Assembly (NCBI GenBank): GCA_963666925.2
Contig: CAXXTC010000007.1
Coordinates: forward strand, 64,001-128,000
Direction of reading: 5' to 3'
From: Phycisphaerae bacterium
GTDB taxonomy: Bacteria > Planctomycetota > Phycisphaerae > UBA1845 > Fen-1342
Length of the DNA: 64,000 nt
Shown here in pieces: positions 1 to 14,436 of the stretch (position 1 is the first letter of the stretch; each line of letters begins with the position of its first letter). The notes under the pieces were generated by a model. The model had not been told where the DNA came from. It searched no databases and saw only the letters and a list, made by a program, of their open reading frames with translations. The position numbers were made by a program, and so were the translations under genes.

Positions 1-489
1 GGCGGCGATATTGGTGCCCTGGCCGGCGGGCTGGTGATAGAGCAGCTCGCGGACGACGCGCAGGACGTGGCGGGTACCCTTGCGGGCGGGGACGAAACGC
101 TCGACGCGGTCGGTGAAGAGGATCATCGCGACCTTGTCGTTGTTTTCGATGGCGGAGAAGGCCAGCGTGGCGCCGAGCTCGGCCACCAGCTCGCTCTTGA
201 GCTGCTGGTTGGTGCCGAAATCCTGCGAGTGGCTGACGTCGACCAGGAGGACGACGGTCAGCTCGCGTTCTTCGCGGAAGGTTTTAACGAAGGGGTGGCC
301 GGAGCGGGCGGTGACGTTCCAGTCGATGGTGCGGATGTCGTCGCCGGGCTGATATTCGCGGACCTCCTCGAACTCCATGCCGCGGCCCTTGAAGGCGGAG
401 TGATACTGACCGGCGAACATGTCCTGAACCATGGCCGACGTGACGATCTGAATTCGGCGGACTTTTTTGAGCACCTTGGCCGGGATCAT
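1..489 (-). CDS. DUF58-family protein (MoxR-associated), 3' end outside window
   Basis: Manual translation from ATG at 489: MIPAKVLKKVRRIQIVTSAMVQDMFAGQYHSAFKGRGMEFEEVREYQPGDDIRTIDWNVTAR, the typical DUF58 N-terminal motif. Not in the ORF track because it is truncated. Confidence 0.9.
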   Translation of the reverse strand, partial: MIPAKVLKKVRRIQIVTSAMVQDMFAGQYHSAFKGRGMEFEEVREYQPGDDIRTIDWNVTARSGHPFVKTFREERELTVVLLVDVSHSQDFGTNQQLKSELVAELGATLAFSAIENNDKVAMILFTDRVERFVPARKGTRHVLRVVRELLYHQPAGQGTNIAA

Positions 490-631
490 GGGGTGCGGTC
501 CTCAGTTTGGGAGCGTCCGGGATACGCACCGGGCGCGGGGGTCTTTAATTTTAGCGATGGGAGAGGCTGTGAAAAGTGCTCGGAAAACGGCGTGGTGGGG
601 GAGCGGGGATGCAGACGCGGGCCGTGGAGGG

Positions 632-1469
632 TTAGTCGTCGCGTAGGCCGGTGCCGAGGATGACGTCGTTCAGGCTGCCGGAGCGGAAGCCGCGGAGATC
701 GAGCGCGACGTAGGCGAAGCCCAGGGCGCGTAGTTTGGCGTCGATTTCGGCCCGCAGACACGGGTCGGCCAGGCGAGGAATCTGGTCGGCGGGGAGCTCT
801 ATTCGGGCGAGTTGGTCGTGGTGGCGCACGCGGCATTCGCGGAAGCCTAGCTCGCGCAGGACGGTTTCGGCCCGGTCGATACGGGCGAGCTTATCGGGCG
901 TCACCTCCTGGCCGTAGGGAATGCGCGAGGCGAGACAGGGGGCGGCGGGCTTGTCGGCGATGCGCACGCCCAAGGTGGCGCCGAGGGTGCGCAGCTCGGA
1001 CTTGGTGAGGCCGACGTCTGCCAGCGGGGCGACGATGTGCTGCTCGGCGGCCGCCCGCAGGCCGGGGGCGGTAATCGTCCAGGTCGTCGGCGTTGGTGCC
1101 GCTGATGACGGCCGCCAAGTCGCGCTGTCGAGCCAGGGCGAGCAGCTTGCCATACAGCTCGATCCTGCAATGGTAACAGCGGTCGGCGGGGTTGGCGGTG
1201 TAGTTGGGGTTGTCGAGTTCGGCGGTGTCGACGAATTCGTGCGGGGCGTCGAACTCGGCGGCCAGATTGACGGCATCGTCGTGCTCGGCGCGGGGCAGGC
1301 TGGGGCTGCGCCCGGTGACCGCGAGCACGTGGTCGCGTCCGAGCGTGTCCAGCGCGACCTTGAGCAGGACGGCGCTGTCGACGCCGCCGGAATGGGCGAC
1401 CAGGACGGAGCGCAGCTCGCGCAGACGTTGTTGGAGCTGGTTCAGCTTGTTTTGGAGCGTTGGGTCCAT
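632..1469 (-). CDS. larE: ATP-dependent sacrificial sulfur transferase LarE-like (PP-loop), with +1 frameshift near 1065
   Basis: SGGVDS, RCYHC and GTNADDLDDYRP lie in ORF 891..1469. PGLRAAAE...PCLASRIPYG...CRVRHH...GFRSGSLN lies in ORF 632..1276. The join falls at an extra C in a C-run. Confidence 0.85.
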
Positions 1470-1492
1470 GGTTCTTAACGCGGTGCGGGGCG

Positions 1493-2407
1493 TCAGTCGG
1501 GGGCGGCTGCGGGTTTTTGTAGCAGTGCCAGCAGCAGTCCACTGAGGATATACATGAGAGCCAGCACGACCAGGAGCAATTCGAATGAGTACCAGCCCAG
1601 GCCGACGATGACGAGTAGCCAGACCAGGTGGGTGGGCGGTCGTTTGCTGCGGACGTAGACGTTGAAAACGTGCACGTATGAGATGCGGCTGACCATGAGC
1701 AGTCCGACGGCGAAGGCGGTGATGGCCATTATCCAGCGTGAGACGGCTGGCCAGTTGATGCCCCAGAGGTCGAAGCCGGTGGTGCGCAGGTGTTCGTGCA
1801 GTGCGAGGAGGGCGGCTATGATCGCGGCGGCTCCGGGGCTGGGCAGGCCGCTGAAAGCGCGTTGGGCGGATTCGCCCTTGACGTTTTCGGCGTTGTAGCG
1901 GGCGAGTCGAATGGCGGCGCAGGCGACGTAGACCAGAGCAGCGAGCAGGCCAACGCGGAATTGGAGGCGGGTGACGTCGGGCAGTTCAGACGCGGTGTCG
2001 ACGGCGGGCCGCAAGAGGAGCGTGACCAGCAGGACGGCGGGTGCCAGGCCGAAACTGACGATGTCGGAGATGGAATCGAGCTGTGCGCCGAATTCGCTGG
2101 TGCGGCGGGTGATGCGGGCGAGCCGACCGTCGAGCGCGTCAAAGACCATTGCGAGGATGATCAGGTAAGCGCCGGCGGCGATGTGCGTGGGGAAGAGCTG
2201 TTCGAAGACGGGGTAGAAGACGCGCGGCTGGACGGCGAACAGCTCGGCGTATTCGGCCCGGACGGACAGCAGGCAGCAGAAGACGGCGAAGAACCCGCAG
2301 ATCAGGTTGCCGAGCGTGGCGGCGGAGGGCAGTAAGCTGATTCCGATAAGGCGGCGGCGCGGGCGTTCGACCGGGATGACGTTGCGCTCCGGCTCCTGGG
2401 TGATCAT
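1493..2407 (-). CDS. pssA: CDP-diacylglycerol--serine O-phosphatidyltransferase
   Basis: DALDGRLAR...FGAQLDSISD CDP-alcohol phosphotransferase motif, RLARYN and FSGLPSP; adjacent to psd. Confidence 0.9.
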   Translation of the reverse strand: MITQEPERNVIPVERPRRRLIGISLLPSAATLGNLICGFFAVFCCLLSVRAEYAELFAVQPRVFYPVFEQLFPTHIAAGAYLIILAMVFDALDGRLARITRRTSEFGAQLDSISDIVSFGLAPAVLLVTLLLRPAVDTASELPDVTRLQFRVGLLAALVYVACAAIRLARYNAENVKGESAQRAFSGLPSPGAAAIIAALLALHEHLRTTGFDLWGINWPAVSRWIMAITAFAVGLLMVSRISYVHVFNVYVRSKRPPTHLVWLLVIVGLGWYSFELLLVVLALMYILSGLLLALLQKPAAAPD

Positions 2408-3054
2408 GTCGATTCCTTTAGCCGCAAGAGCGGGCTGGCGCCGGCGGAGACGTGTTGGCCGACGGTGGCCAGCACCTCCCAGCGTGGATCTTCGGGGACG
2501 GTGAGTTCGGTTCGGGAGCCGAGTTTGATCATGCCGAAGCGTTGGCCGGCGGCCAGTGTGTCGTTGATGTTGGCGGCGCAGACAATCCGGCGGGCGAGGA
2601 TGCCGGCGATCTGGCGGACCTGAACCGGGCCGGGGATGGGCTCAGCGGGCTTGAGCGTGACGGTGTTGCACTCGTTTCGCTGGTTGGCGGCGGGATTGAG
2701 GGCGTTGAGGAACTCGCCGGGGTGATAATCCAGGGCGGTGACGCGGCCGGCACAGGGGCTGCGATTGAGATGCACGTCGAGGACGCTGAGGAAGATCATG
2801 ATGCGGAGGGCGGTGTTGCCGGCGGGGTCGGCGACCTGGCGTTCGATTGAGACGACGCGTCCGTCGGCCGGCGCCATCAGCAGCCGGGGATCGGCGGGGA
2901 TGGTGCGTTGTGGGTCGCGGAAGAAGGTCAGGACGGCGATCGTGAGTGCGGCGGGCAGCAGCGCCCACCAGCCGGCGACATGTGCCACCGCGCTGGTTAG
3001 CAGTAGTCCGACGAAGATGATGATGGCGATCTCGGTGCGGGCGTAGGAAGTCAT
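2404..3054 (-). CDS. psd: Phosphatidylserine decarboxylase proenzyme
   Basis: FFRDP, APADG, IFLSVLDVHLNRSP and GMIKLGSRT self-cleavage motif. Confidence 0.92.
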   Translation of the reverse strand: MTSYARTEIAIIIFVGLLLTSAVAHVAGWWALLPAALTIAVLTFFRDPQRTIPADPRLLMAPADGRVVSIERQVADPAGNTALRIMIFLSVLDVHLNRSPCAGRVTALDYHPGEFLNALNPAANQRNECNTVTLKPAEPIPGPVQVRQIAGILARRIVCAANINDTLAAGQRFGMIKLGSRTELTVPEDPRWEVLATVGQHVSAGASPLLRLKEST

Positions 3055-3069
3055 TGGACGATTGTCCTG

Positions 3070-3972
3070 TTAGTCGTCGAGCAATTCTCCGATCAGACGT
3101 GCCACGCCACAATCAACGTTATTGTCGGTTATGCGGTCGGCGACGTCTTTGAGTGCCGGTTTGGCGTTGGCCATGGCGACGCCGAGGCCGGCTGAGCGCA
3201 CCATGTCCAGGTCGTTGACGTCGTCGCCGACGGCGGCGGTTTGGGCCGGGTCGATGTTCCATCGCTGGCAGAGGTTGTGTACGGCGACCCACTTGTTGAT
3301 GCCGGCGCGGAAGGTCTCGATAAGCGAGAGGTTGTAGGGTGGCACGTGGAGGACGTTGTGCGTGAGCCGGCCGTCGAAAGCCTGGCTGAGCATTGGGGAT
3401 AGTGATTCGAGGATGGGCCCGTCGTCGATGATGGACAGCCGCAGCGGCAGGCCGGCCGTCTCGGGTATTTCGTCCACTTCGTCGACGACACAGGGGGTGC
3501 GTTGTTTCCAGCCGTCGACGGCTGGGTGGCGATTGGGGCCGGCGATGATGTAGCCGTCGGTGCCGACCTCTTCCGGGTCGGTGAGCCACATGACGGGGTA
3601 GCCGCGGGTATGGAACCAGGCGGAGGCCTCGCGAGCGAGGTTGGGGTCCATCTGGACACGGGAGATGGTGCGGCCGGTGCGGACGTCGGTCACCAGGGCA
3701 CCGAAGACCGAGACGGTGGCGTCGAGGTCGAGGCCGATTTGGTCGAGGATGCGGCGGGTCTCGGTGAAAGAGCGGCCGGTGCAGAGGACGATTTTGATGC
3801 CGGCATCGTGGGCGCGGTGCAGTGCGGCACGATTGTCCGCGGGGACCTGATGGGCCGCATCGAGCAGGGTGCCATCGAGATCGATGGCCAGCAGACGGCA
3901 TTTGAAGTGGGCGGTCACGACGCCAGACTCCGGAACGGGGCTACGGGTACAAGGTCTTATATTGTCGTCCAT
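3070..3972 (-). CDS. Cof-type HAD-IIB hydrolase (start uncertain)
   Basis: DLDGTLL, CTGR and GDDVNDLDM...GLGVAMANA motifs. Confidence 0.9.
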   Translation of the reverse strand: MDDNIRPCTRSPVPESGVVTAHFKCRLLAIDLDGTLLDAAHQVPADNRAALHRAHDAGIKIVLCTGRSFTETRRILDQIGLDLDATVSVFGALVTDVRTGRTISRVQMDPNLAREASAWFHTRGYPVMWLTDPEEVGTDGYIIAGPNRHPAVDGWKQRTPCVVDEVDEIPETAGLPLRLSIIDDGPILESLSPMLSQAFDGRLTHNVLHVPPYNLSLIETFRAGINKWVAVHNLCQRWNIDPAQTAAVGDDVNDLDMVRSAGLGVAMANAKPALKDVADRITDNNVDCGVARLIGELLDD

Positions 3973-4158
3973 GCGGGGGCTGGTGCAAAGCGCCGTTGGG
4001 AGAGTGGGTAGCAGGGCTTGCAGAAACGCACGCGGATGGGGTTATACTGCGCAGGGCGGCGCGGGACGTGCCGAAGTGCTTGGTCGGCGCTCCGAGGCGA
4101 CCGCTCGGGAACGGATAATGACCGTCAACGCGCGCATTTCCCACGGAGATACTCCCCC

Positions 4159-5067
4159 ATGTCCACACGGGTGCAGACCATGAGCGCCGCGACCGAGGGG
4201 CCCGGCAAGATGACGCAGGCGGTGCGGCGAGTGGCCCTGGTCGGCTCGCCCGACAAGGAGCGCGTCAGCACGATCATGAGCCGAACGCGGCGCTGGTTGC
4301 AGACCCGGGCCGAGGTGGTTTTCAACGAGGTCACCTACGACACGCAGCGGGCGCTGGCAGCGCGGCCGGATCTGATCGTGGTGTTCGGCGGCGACGGTAC
4401 GCTGATCGCGGCGGTGCACGGGCTGCGCGAGCACCAGGTGCCGATATTGGGGATCAACCTCGGGAAGTTGGGATACCTGGCGGATTTCACGGTTGCAGAA
4501 CTGGAGCGCGAGGGGGAGTTTCTGTTCTCTGGCGAGTTGCCGATTACGCGGCGGATCATGATGAACGTGACCGTCGAGCATGCTGATGGGAGTGCGTCGC
4601 AGTCGCCGGCGGTGAACGACTGCGTGATTCTGGCCGGCCCGCCGTTTCACATGGTGCAGGTGCAGGTTGAGGCGGACGGTGACAAGGTGGCTGATATTCG
4701 CGGGGACGGGTTGATTATCGCCACGCCATCGGGCTCGACGGCGCACAACCTGGCCGCGGGCGGGCCGGTGGTGGAGCCGACGGGCGAGTCGTTCATACTG
4801 ACGCCGATTTGTCCGCAGGCGCTGACCTTCCGGCCGCTGGTGATGAACGCCCGACGGCGGATCGTGTTGCGGGTGACGCAGGCCAACCAGGGTACGGCAC
4901 TGGTCGTGGACGGCCGGGTGGTAAGTGGTTTTCAGCCGAGCGACCGGATTGTAATCACGCGGCACGTGGCTGACTTTCTGCTGGTCCGCAACCCGCAGCA
5001 CAACCAGTGGTACGCGCTGCGGCGCAAGCTACGCTGGGGCGAAGGGCCGAATATGCACCAGCGGTGA
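4159..5067 (+). CDS. nadK: NAD(+) kinase (start uncertain)
   Basis: GGDGTL, GINLGKLGYL, VND and GDGLIIATPSGSTAHNLAAGGP motifs. Confidence 0.92.
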   Translation: MSTRVQTMSAATEGPGKMTQAVRRVALVGSPDKERVSTIMSRTRRWLQTRAEVVFNEVTYDTQRALAARPDLIVVFGGDGTLIAAVHGLREHQVPILGINLGKLGYLADFTVAELEREGEFLFSGELPITRRIMMNVTVEHADGSASQSPAVNDCVILAGPPFHMVQVQVEADGDKVADIRGDGLIIATPSGSTAHNLAAGGPVVEPTGESFILTPICPQALTFRPLVMNARRRIVLRVTQANQGTALVVDGRVVSGFQPSDRIVITRHVADFLLVRNPQHNQWYALRRKLRWGEGPNMHQR

Positions 5068-5207
5068 GCGGAGACTGTGCCACACTTCGTTTTCCACCCC
5101 GTGCTGCGCAACGGGATGGGCACTCGTTGTTTGCGTAACAACGTTACAACGTCTTTGGGGGCGGGGCGTTTTTGTTGTGCGCCTCGGTTGGCGGGGGCGA
5201 GTGAATC

Positions 5208-6083
5208 TCAGACTTGCTGAGCGATGTAGCGGGCGAGTTGGATCTGGATCACGTCGTACAGGAAGTGGGCGATGATGACCGCGAGCAAGCTGCGGGTGAA
5301 GAGGAAGCTGAGGGCCAGGGCGATGCCGAGGAAAACCACCTGCACGATGGCGAGCCCGCCCTGGGCGATGTGCATGCTGGCGAAGATCAGGCTCGAGATC
5401 AGGATCGCGAATATCCAGTTGCAGCCCACGCGGCGCAGGTAGGGCAGCAGCAGCCCGCGGTAAAGCAGCTCTTCCTGGATGGCGACGGGGATGATAAGGA
5501 GCACGGTCGCTACCAGGCTGTTGGTCGGGATGAACTCCATGAACTGTACGCGCTGCTCGAGGTCCTCTTTGAGTTCGGGCACGAAGGCCACGAGCAGGAA
5601 GATAACGAGCATGGTCGCGATGGTGGCGACGTATACGGCGCCCAGGGCCGGCAGACTGAGCAGGCTCTGTATGTGCCAGCGGTCGAGTTGTACGCCGATG
5701 CAGCGGGCGGGCAGGCGGTGGCGATGGACGAGGTAGAGCGCCAGGCCGACGACGAGGAAGGCGCTGAGGTATGTGCTGCGGATGAGCAGCCAGTGGAGCG
5801 CTGAGGGCGGAAGGGTGGCCTGCATATCCCCCAGGCCGGAACTGGCCAGGGCACTCACGACCTGCTGGGCGAAGGGGATGATCAGTCCGGCGAAGAGGAC
5901 GAGGAGGAGGTCCCAGGCGGCTTGGCGACGGGAAAGCATGTCCAGCGGCGGCAGGCCGAAAAGCGGGCGGTAGAGGGGTGGCTGCGGTGGCGCGGCGATT
6001 GGCCGGGCGGTGATGACCATGTCGGTGGGCGGCACGTCGGCGGGCGGCAGGTTGATTGGATGTTCGGGCGGCAAGTCTGACAT
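5208..6083 (-). CDS. CPBP/Abi-family intramembrane metalloprotease
   Basis: EELLYRG, FASMH and IIAHFLYD motifs; multiple transmembrane segments. Confidence 0.88.
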   Translation of the reverse strand: MSDLPPEHPINLPPADVPPTDMVITARPIAAPPQPPLYRPLFGLPPLDMLSRRQAAWDLLLVLFAGLIIPFAQQVVSALASSGLGDMQATLPPSALHWLLIRSTYLSAFLVVGLALYLVHRHRLPARCIGVQLDRWHIQSLLSLPALGAVYVATIATMLVIFLLVAFVPELKEDLEQRVQFMEFIPTNSLVATVLLIIPVAIQEELLYRGLLLPYLRRVGCNWIFAILISSLIFASMHIAQGGLAIVQVVFLGIALALSFLFTRSLLAVIIAHFLYDVIQIQLARYIAQQV

Positions 6084-6216
6084 GCTGCTCCTGCTGTTGC
6101 GGATGGGCGGCGGTGGGCCGATCGACGCGGGCGTCGGTCGGCGTGCGGTTGCTCCGCGGGAACAGTGCACGATAATAACCGGTCGAGAGAGTTTGGCAGT
6201 TCTGCGCGGAGATCGT

Positions 6217-10080
<3,864 letters not shown>

Positions 10081-10109
10081 GACGCGCTCAAACAGGGAGC
10101 ACACGAGCG

Positions 10110-11057
10110 GTGGGAACACGAATCGTCGTTGGCGGTTGTTTGGCGGGGCTGCTGATCGGCGTGTTGGTATTGGATGGGTATTTGGCGACGCTGACGCCGC
10201 CCGAATGGGTGGTGCCCGGGCTGGATTTCGATCTGGTGCCATGGGTGTTCAACGGGGCGATTTCGACGGGGGTGATCCTGGTGCTGACGCTGCTGGTGAC
10301 GCGCGAACTGCTGGTCCTGACACGCCACCGCGGGCATGAGCCGCTGGGTCGCAGCGCATATCTCTTTGCGGCAGCACTGACGATCGGGCCATATGTCTCG
10401 CAAAATCTGGCACCACTTACCGGGGGCTATGACGAGTCCGGCGGATTGCTGCTGCTGGCGGTGGCGCTGGCGTTTATGTTTTTGGCGCAGGGCATGCTGC
10501 ACGGCACGCGGGACGCGATCGAACATCCGGCCATCACGCTGTTCATCATCTTCTACACCGGCGGGCTGGCGAGTTTCATGACGAAGCTGCGGATGGAGAT
10601 CGGTGGATCAACCGGGCTGATCGTGCTGCTGCTGTCTATGTTCGTTGTGAAAATGACGGATACGGGGGCGTTCTTCACGGGCTATGCGCTGGGACGGACG
10701 AAAATGGTGCCGTGGCTCAGCCCGAAGAAGACGTGGGAAGGTTTCGTGGGCGGCGTGGTCGTGGCGGTGATCCTGTCGGTCGTCGTCGGAGAAACGCTCA
10801 TCAGCGCCGGCCTGCTTGCGTTTACCCGCCCGCCAGTGCCGCCGTGGGTCGTGCTGGCGGTTATCGGGCTAGTGTTGGCGCTGTTCTCGGCAGCGGGAGA
10901 CTTGTGCGCGTCGCTGATCAAGCGGTCCGCGGACGTTAAGGATTCTGGGCAGGCGCTGCCGGGGCTGGGGGGGATTCTGGACATCATGGACTCGCCGCTG
11001 CTGGGGGCGCCGGTGGCGTGGTTCCTGTGGACGCGGGTTTTTCACGTGGCGAGTTGA
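10110..11057 (+). CDS. cdsA: Phosphatidate cytidylyltransferase
   Basis: DTGAFFTG, SPKKTWEG and KRSADVKDSG...PGLGGILD motifs; follows uppS. Confidence 0.92.
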   Translation: MGTRIVVGGCLAGLLIGVLVLDGYLATLTPPEWVVPGLDFDLVPWVFNGAISTGVILVLTLLVTRELLVLTRHRGHEPLGRSAYLFAAALTIGPYVSQNLAPLTGGYDESGGLLLLAVALAFMFLAQGMLHGTRDAIEHPAITLFIIFYTGGLASFMTKLRMEIGGSTGLIVLLLSMFVVKMTDTGAFFTGYALGRTKMVPWLSPKKTWEGFVGGVVVAVILSVVVGETLISAGLLAFTRPPVPPWVVLAVIGLVLALFSAAGDLCASLIKRSADVKDSGQALPGLGGILDIMDSPLLGAPVAWFLWTRVFHVAS

Positions 11058-11081
11058 GTGGTGCGCCGGCGTTGGGGAATG

Positions 11082-11099
11082 CACTGCTCAAGAGCAGTG
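11082..11099. repeat. Palindromic repeat family C (CACTGCTC-WW-GAGCAGTG)
   Basis: Exact reverse complement of 38883-38900; near-copy at 63144-63161. Confidence 0.8.
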
Positions 11100-11127
11100 A
11101 TACGGTGGTGTGACAACGGGGGTGGGG

Positions 11128-11928
11128 TCAGGCTAAGAGGTAGTATGCCAGGACGGCTCCGCCGAGGATCACGCGGTAGATCGCGAAGACGCGGAAGCGG
11201 TGGCGCTTGACGAATCCCATGAACCAAGCCACGACGATCAGGGCGACGATGAACGAGACGCCGGTGCCCAGCAGGACGATGCCGAGGCTGTCGCTGTTCA
11301 GCTCGTGGCGATATTCCCAGACGGTTTTGAGGGCGGCGCCGAGCATGGTAGGGATGGCGAGGTAGAACGAGAACTCGGTGGCGACACGCGGTGTGAGGCC
11401 GAGGGTCATCCCGCCAAGGATCGTCGCGCCGGCCCGCGACACGCCCGGCCACATGCTGATGGTCTGGATCACGCCGATGAGAAACGCCTGTTTGAGCGTG
11501 ATATCCTCGATTTCCATCGGGACTTCGCGGCGACAGCGCCGGTCGATCAGTTCCATGATGACTGCGCCGACGATCAGTGCGCCAGCGACCGCCACGGGCA
11601 TGTTCTCGAGCGGGTCGAAATAGTCCTTCAGCGCCAGGGCGATGACGACGGTCGGCACCATGGCGACGAAGAGCTTGACGAGAATGTGGCCTTGCCAGGC
11701 ACGCACACGCGGGTGCAGCGTGCGGCGCCACAGGTCGCGCCAGAAATAGACGACGACGGCGGCGATGGCGCCGAACTGACTGATCCAGAGCAGCGCGTTC
11801 CAGGGGGTGATGGTGGCGTCGACACCCAGCAGCGGCATGGCGATCACCATGTGGCCGGTGCTGGAGACCGGGAGGAATTCGGTCAATCCCTCGATGATGC
11901 CGAGGATTATCGCGTTAAGCAGGTCCAC
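11128..11928 (-). CDS. uppP: Undecaprenyl-diphosphate phosphatase
   Basis: GIIEGLTEFLPVSSTGH and PGVSRAGATI motifs. Confidence 0.96.
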   Translation of the reverse strand: MDLLNAIILGIIEGLTEFLPVSSTGHMVIAMPLLGVDATITPWNALLWISQFGAIAAVVVYFWRDLWRRTLHPRVRAWQGHILVKLFVAMVPTVVIALALKDYFDPLENMPVAVAGALIVGAVIMELIDRRCRREVPMEIEDITLKQAFLIGVIQTISMWPGVSRAGATILGGMTLGLTPRVATEFSFYLAIPTMLGAALKTVWEYRHELNSDSLGIVLLGTGVSFIVALIVVAWFMGFVKRHRFRVFAIYRVILGGAVLAYYLLA

Positions 11929-11943
11929 CGACGGCTCCGCGGT

Positions 11944-12495
11944 TCAGGTGTTCGAAAGTGAGATGCCCAGCCAGGCGGCGGCGGGCGTGAGTCGCCAGAC
12001 GAGCTGGCCGACGATGTTGGCGTAGAGCCCGGCGAAGAGGTCGTCGAGCAGGATGCCCCAGCCGTCGGGCAGGCGTTCGAGTTGGCGGGCGGGCGGGGGC
12101 TTGATGACGTCGAACAGGCGGAACAGGAAGAACTGTCCGCCGATGACCCACGCCAGCGTGGGCAGGGGGGCGGTGAGCACCATGGGGAGGGCCAGCAGAG
12201 CGACCCACTGGCCGGCGAATTCGTCGAGGACGAACTGTTTCGGGTCTTTGCGCTTGAAATGCTCGACGGCCCAGCGTCCCCAGATGACGGAGATGACGGA
12301 GCTGATTAGTACGCCGACGACCAGGCCGACCTCGATCCAGACGCGGTCGGCACCGCCGAACCCAATGCCCCACCAGAGCGGCATGAATAGGATGACGGCC
12401 ACGAGCGAGCCCCAGCTTCCGGAGGCGAACGGCGCGTAGCCGCTGCCGAGCACGGTGATACACAGGACGCGCAGGGTTCGGCCGGCACGGGTCAT
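11944..12495 (-). CDS. pgpA: Phosphatidylglycerophosphatase A
   Basis: ASGSWGS, DPKQFVLDEFAG, FRLFDVIKP and GILLDDLFAG motifs. Confidence 0.92.
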   Translation of the reverse strand: MTRAGRTLRVLCITVLGSGYAPFASGSWGSLVAVILFMPLWWGIGFGGADRVWIEVGLVVGVLISSVISVIWGRWAVEHFKRKDPKQFVLDEFAGQWVALLALPMVLTAPLPTLAWVIGGQFFLFRLFDVIKPPPARQLERLPDGWGILLDDLFAGLYANIVGQLVWRLTPAAAWLGISLSNT

Positions 12496-13139
12496 TGCTG
12501 CTCTTTCTCCTGGTCAGATTCGGGCTGGGCGCCGGCGAGGGCGGTGGCGGTGAGGAGGAAAGCGCGGGCCTGGCGGACGTAGCTGGCGCCGGAGGCGGCG
12601 GTAACGATCACGGTGAGCCAGACGCAGATCGGGCGGACGCTGTCCTCTCCGGGGAATACATTCCAGGCCAGCGTTGCGAGGATCATGCAGACGGTGAAGC
12701 TCTGGAGGAACATTTTGAGCTTGCCGAACCAGGCGGCGCCGAATTCCTGGCCGGCACCCTCGGCATGGGAGCGGACGGCCGAGACGAGGATCTCGCGGGC
12801 GAGGATCACGACGGCCATCCAGGGGGCCACGCCGCTGATGTTGTGATCGCCAGCGACGAACGGGCTACCGGCGAAGAGGACGAACGCGCCGCAGATCATG
12901 ATTTTGTCGACGACGGGGTCGACGATCCGGCCAAAGGACGTGACCGAGTTCGTCATGCGGGCGACCAGGCCGTCGAGGACGTCGCCGATGGCGGCAACGA
13001 GGAAGATCCAGAAGCTGACTTCGAGGATCCAGCGATGGGAATCGGGCTTGTCGGCGTCGTACCAGGAGAGCAGGGCGATGAAGATGATCGCCAGGAAGAG
13101 CCGGCCGAGCGTGATCTGGTTGGCGAGGTTGATTCGCAT
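12492..13139 (-). CDS. pgsA: CDP-diacylglycerol--glycerol-3-phosphate 3-phosphatidyltransferase
   Basis: NLANQITLGR, DVLDGLVAR...FGRIVDPVVDK and GKLKM motifs. Confidence 0.92.
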   Translation of the reverse strand: MRINLANQITLGRLFLAIIFIALLSWYDADKPDSHRWILEVSFWIFLVAAIGDVLDGLVARMTNSVTSFGRIVDPVVDKIMICGAFVLFAGSPFVAGDHNISGVAPWMAVVILAREILVSAVRSHAEGAGQEFGAAWFGKLKMFLQSFTVCMILATLAWNVFPGEDSVRPICVWLTVIVTAASGASYVRQARAFLLTATALAGAQPESDQEKEQQ

Positions 13140-13666
13140 TGAGGGTGTATCGTAACCAGCAGTGCGGGTGTGGTGTAGGCCGGGTGTCGGGGTGATGTGA
13201 GAAGTAGCTGGGCGTGGCGGGGTGGTTATGAGCGTTGAAACAGCCAGCCCGGCGGGAAAGGAAGGCCGCCGGGCTGGGGGCGGGTTCGTTTGGGCCTCCG
13301 CCCCTGGCAGGCAGGGGGTGTCACCGTGGAGGCCCGGCGCTCAGTCCGCACCATTTCTTATCGGTAATATCGTGATTACGGGACACCGTTTGGGGGCGAA
13401 TTGCCGATGAGATATGGCAGGCTCGGAGTCGCGGTCCTGGTTCGCTGAGGCCGCTTCTGCGCTACGCCAGGGCCCGTCGATCTGCCCCCCAGTGGGGGCG
13501 ACCAGACCCGCGCAGGATCTGCGCGACAGTCGCATCCGGGAAGGGCGTGAGCGGGTCCGTGAGGCCGGTCTCGACGAGATTGCAGCGTCCCCTCATGATG
13601 CGTACCGGCCCGCGGCCGCGCTGGGCGGCTCGCCGGTACCGTCACCATGTTGGCCGGAGGCCGTTC

Positions 13667-14152
13667 ATGTCAGGGATTTCTCTTTGCCGTTGGTTCTCGC
13701 TCGCGTCTCTCGTGATTGTGGCGGCGTGTTCTGGGTGTCAGTCGCCGGGTGGTAGACGCGGCGCCGATGTGGAGATTGTGGAGTCGCATTGGCCCGATGG
13801 TCAGGTGCGGATGCGCGTGGAGAAGGTGCGTGATTCGTCGGGGGCGCTGATCGAGCACGGGAAGTACCAGACCTGGCATCCGAACGGCACGCTGGCGTAC
13901 GAAGCTACGTACGTAGATGGCAAGCTGGACGGGGCCGAGGTTGCCTATCACGAGAATGGTCAGCGTCGCGCGGAGACGCACTATGTGCGTGGCGAGCGTC
14001 ACGGTCGTCGGCGTACGTGGGACCAGAAGGGGAACCTGCGTGGGGAGGAATACTACGTCGACGACAAGCCCGACGGCACCTGGACGATCTGGAAAGACAA
14101 CGGGAAGGTGAAGTGGCGGGGCCGGTTTGATCATGGCAAGCCGCTGCCATAG
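13667..14152 (+). CDS. Putative lipoprotein with MORN-variant/YwqK-like repeats
   Basis: Hydrophobic leader with lipobox-like CSGC; repeated units of the type WHPNGTLAYEATYVDGKLDG. Confidence 0.75.
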   Translation: MSGISLCRWFSLASLVIVAACSGCQSPGGRRGADVEIVESHWPDGQVRMRVEKVRDSSGALIEHGKYQTWHPNGTLAYEATYVDGKLDGAEVAYHENGQRRAETHYVRGERHGRRRTWDQKGNLRGEEYYVDDKPDGTWTIWKDNGKVKWRGRFDHGKPLP

Positions 14153-14436
14153 TCGTGGAAGCGGGGGGGTAATGCCGGGTTCATGTTGGCCGAGCGTCCG
14201 GTAACATCGTCCGACGACTTGCTACAAGTGGTATTGTTTGGTGTGGTACGACCGTCGTGCTAGGATTATCGGTGGAAGAGAAGCTGGGACAGGCCCTGCT
14301 TCGGCTGGGAGAAGGTACGCGAGTTCCAACAGTCGGCGACGCCAGGCGGACCACGGTGTTTGCCTGCGCCGAACCTGGCTGTGTGATTTACCCCAAAGCC
14401 ATTCCTGAACAGATGCTCTCTGCTAGGAGTCACTTC

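Noticed and set aside
1060..1075. larE (and clpB near 41480) as pseudogenes or recoding sites
   Set aside because: Single indels at short G/C runs with otherwise intact motifs; sequencing error is more parsimonious.
13390..13500. c-di-AMP or cobalamin riboswitch, tmRNA or RNase P RNA
   Set aside because: Only short partial motif resemblance; the core consensus elements are missing.
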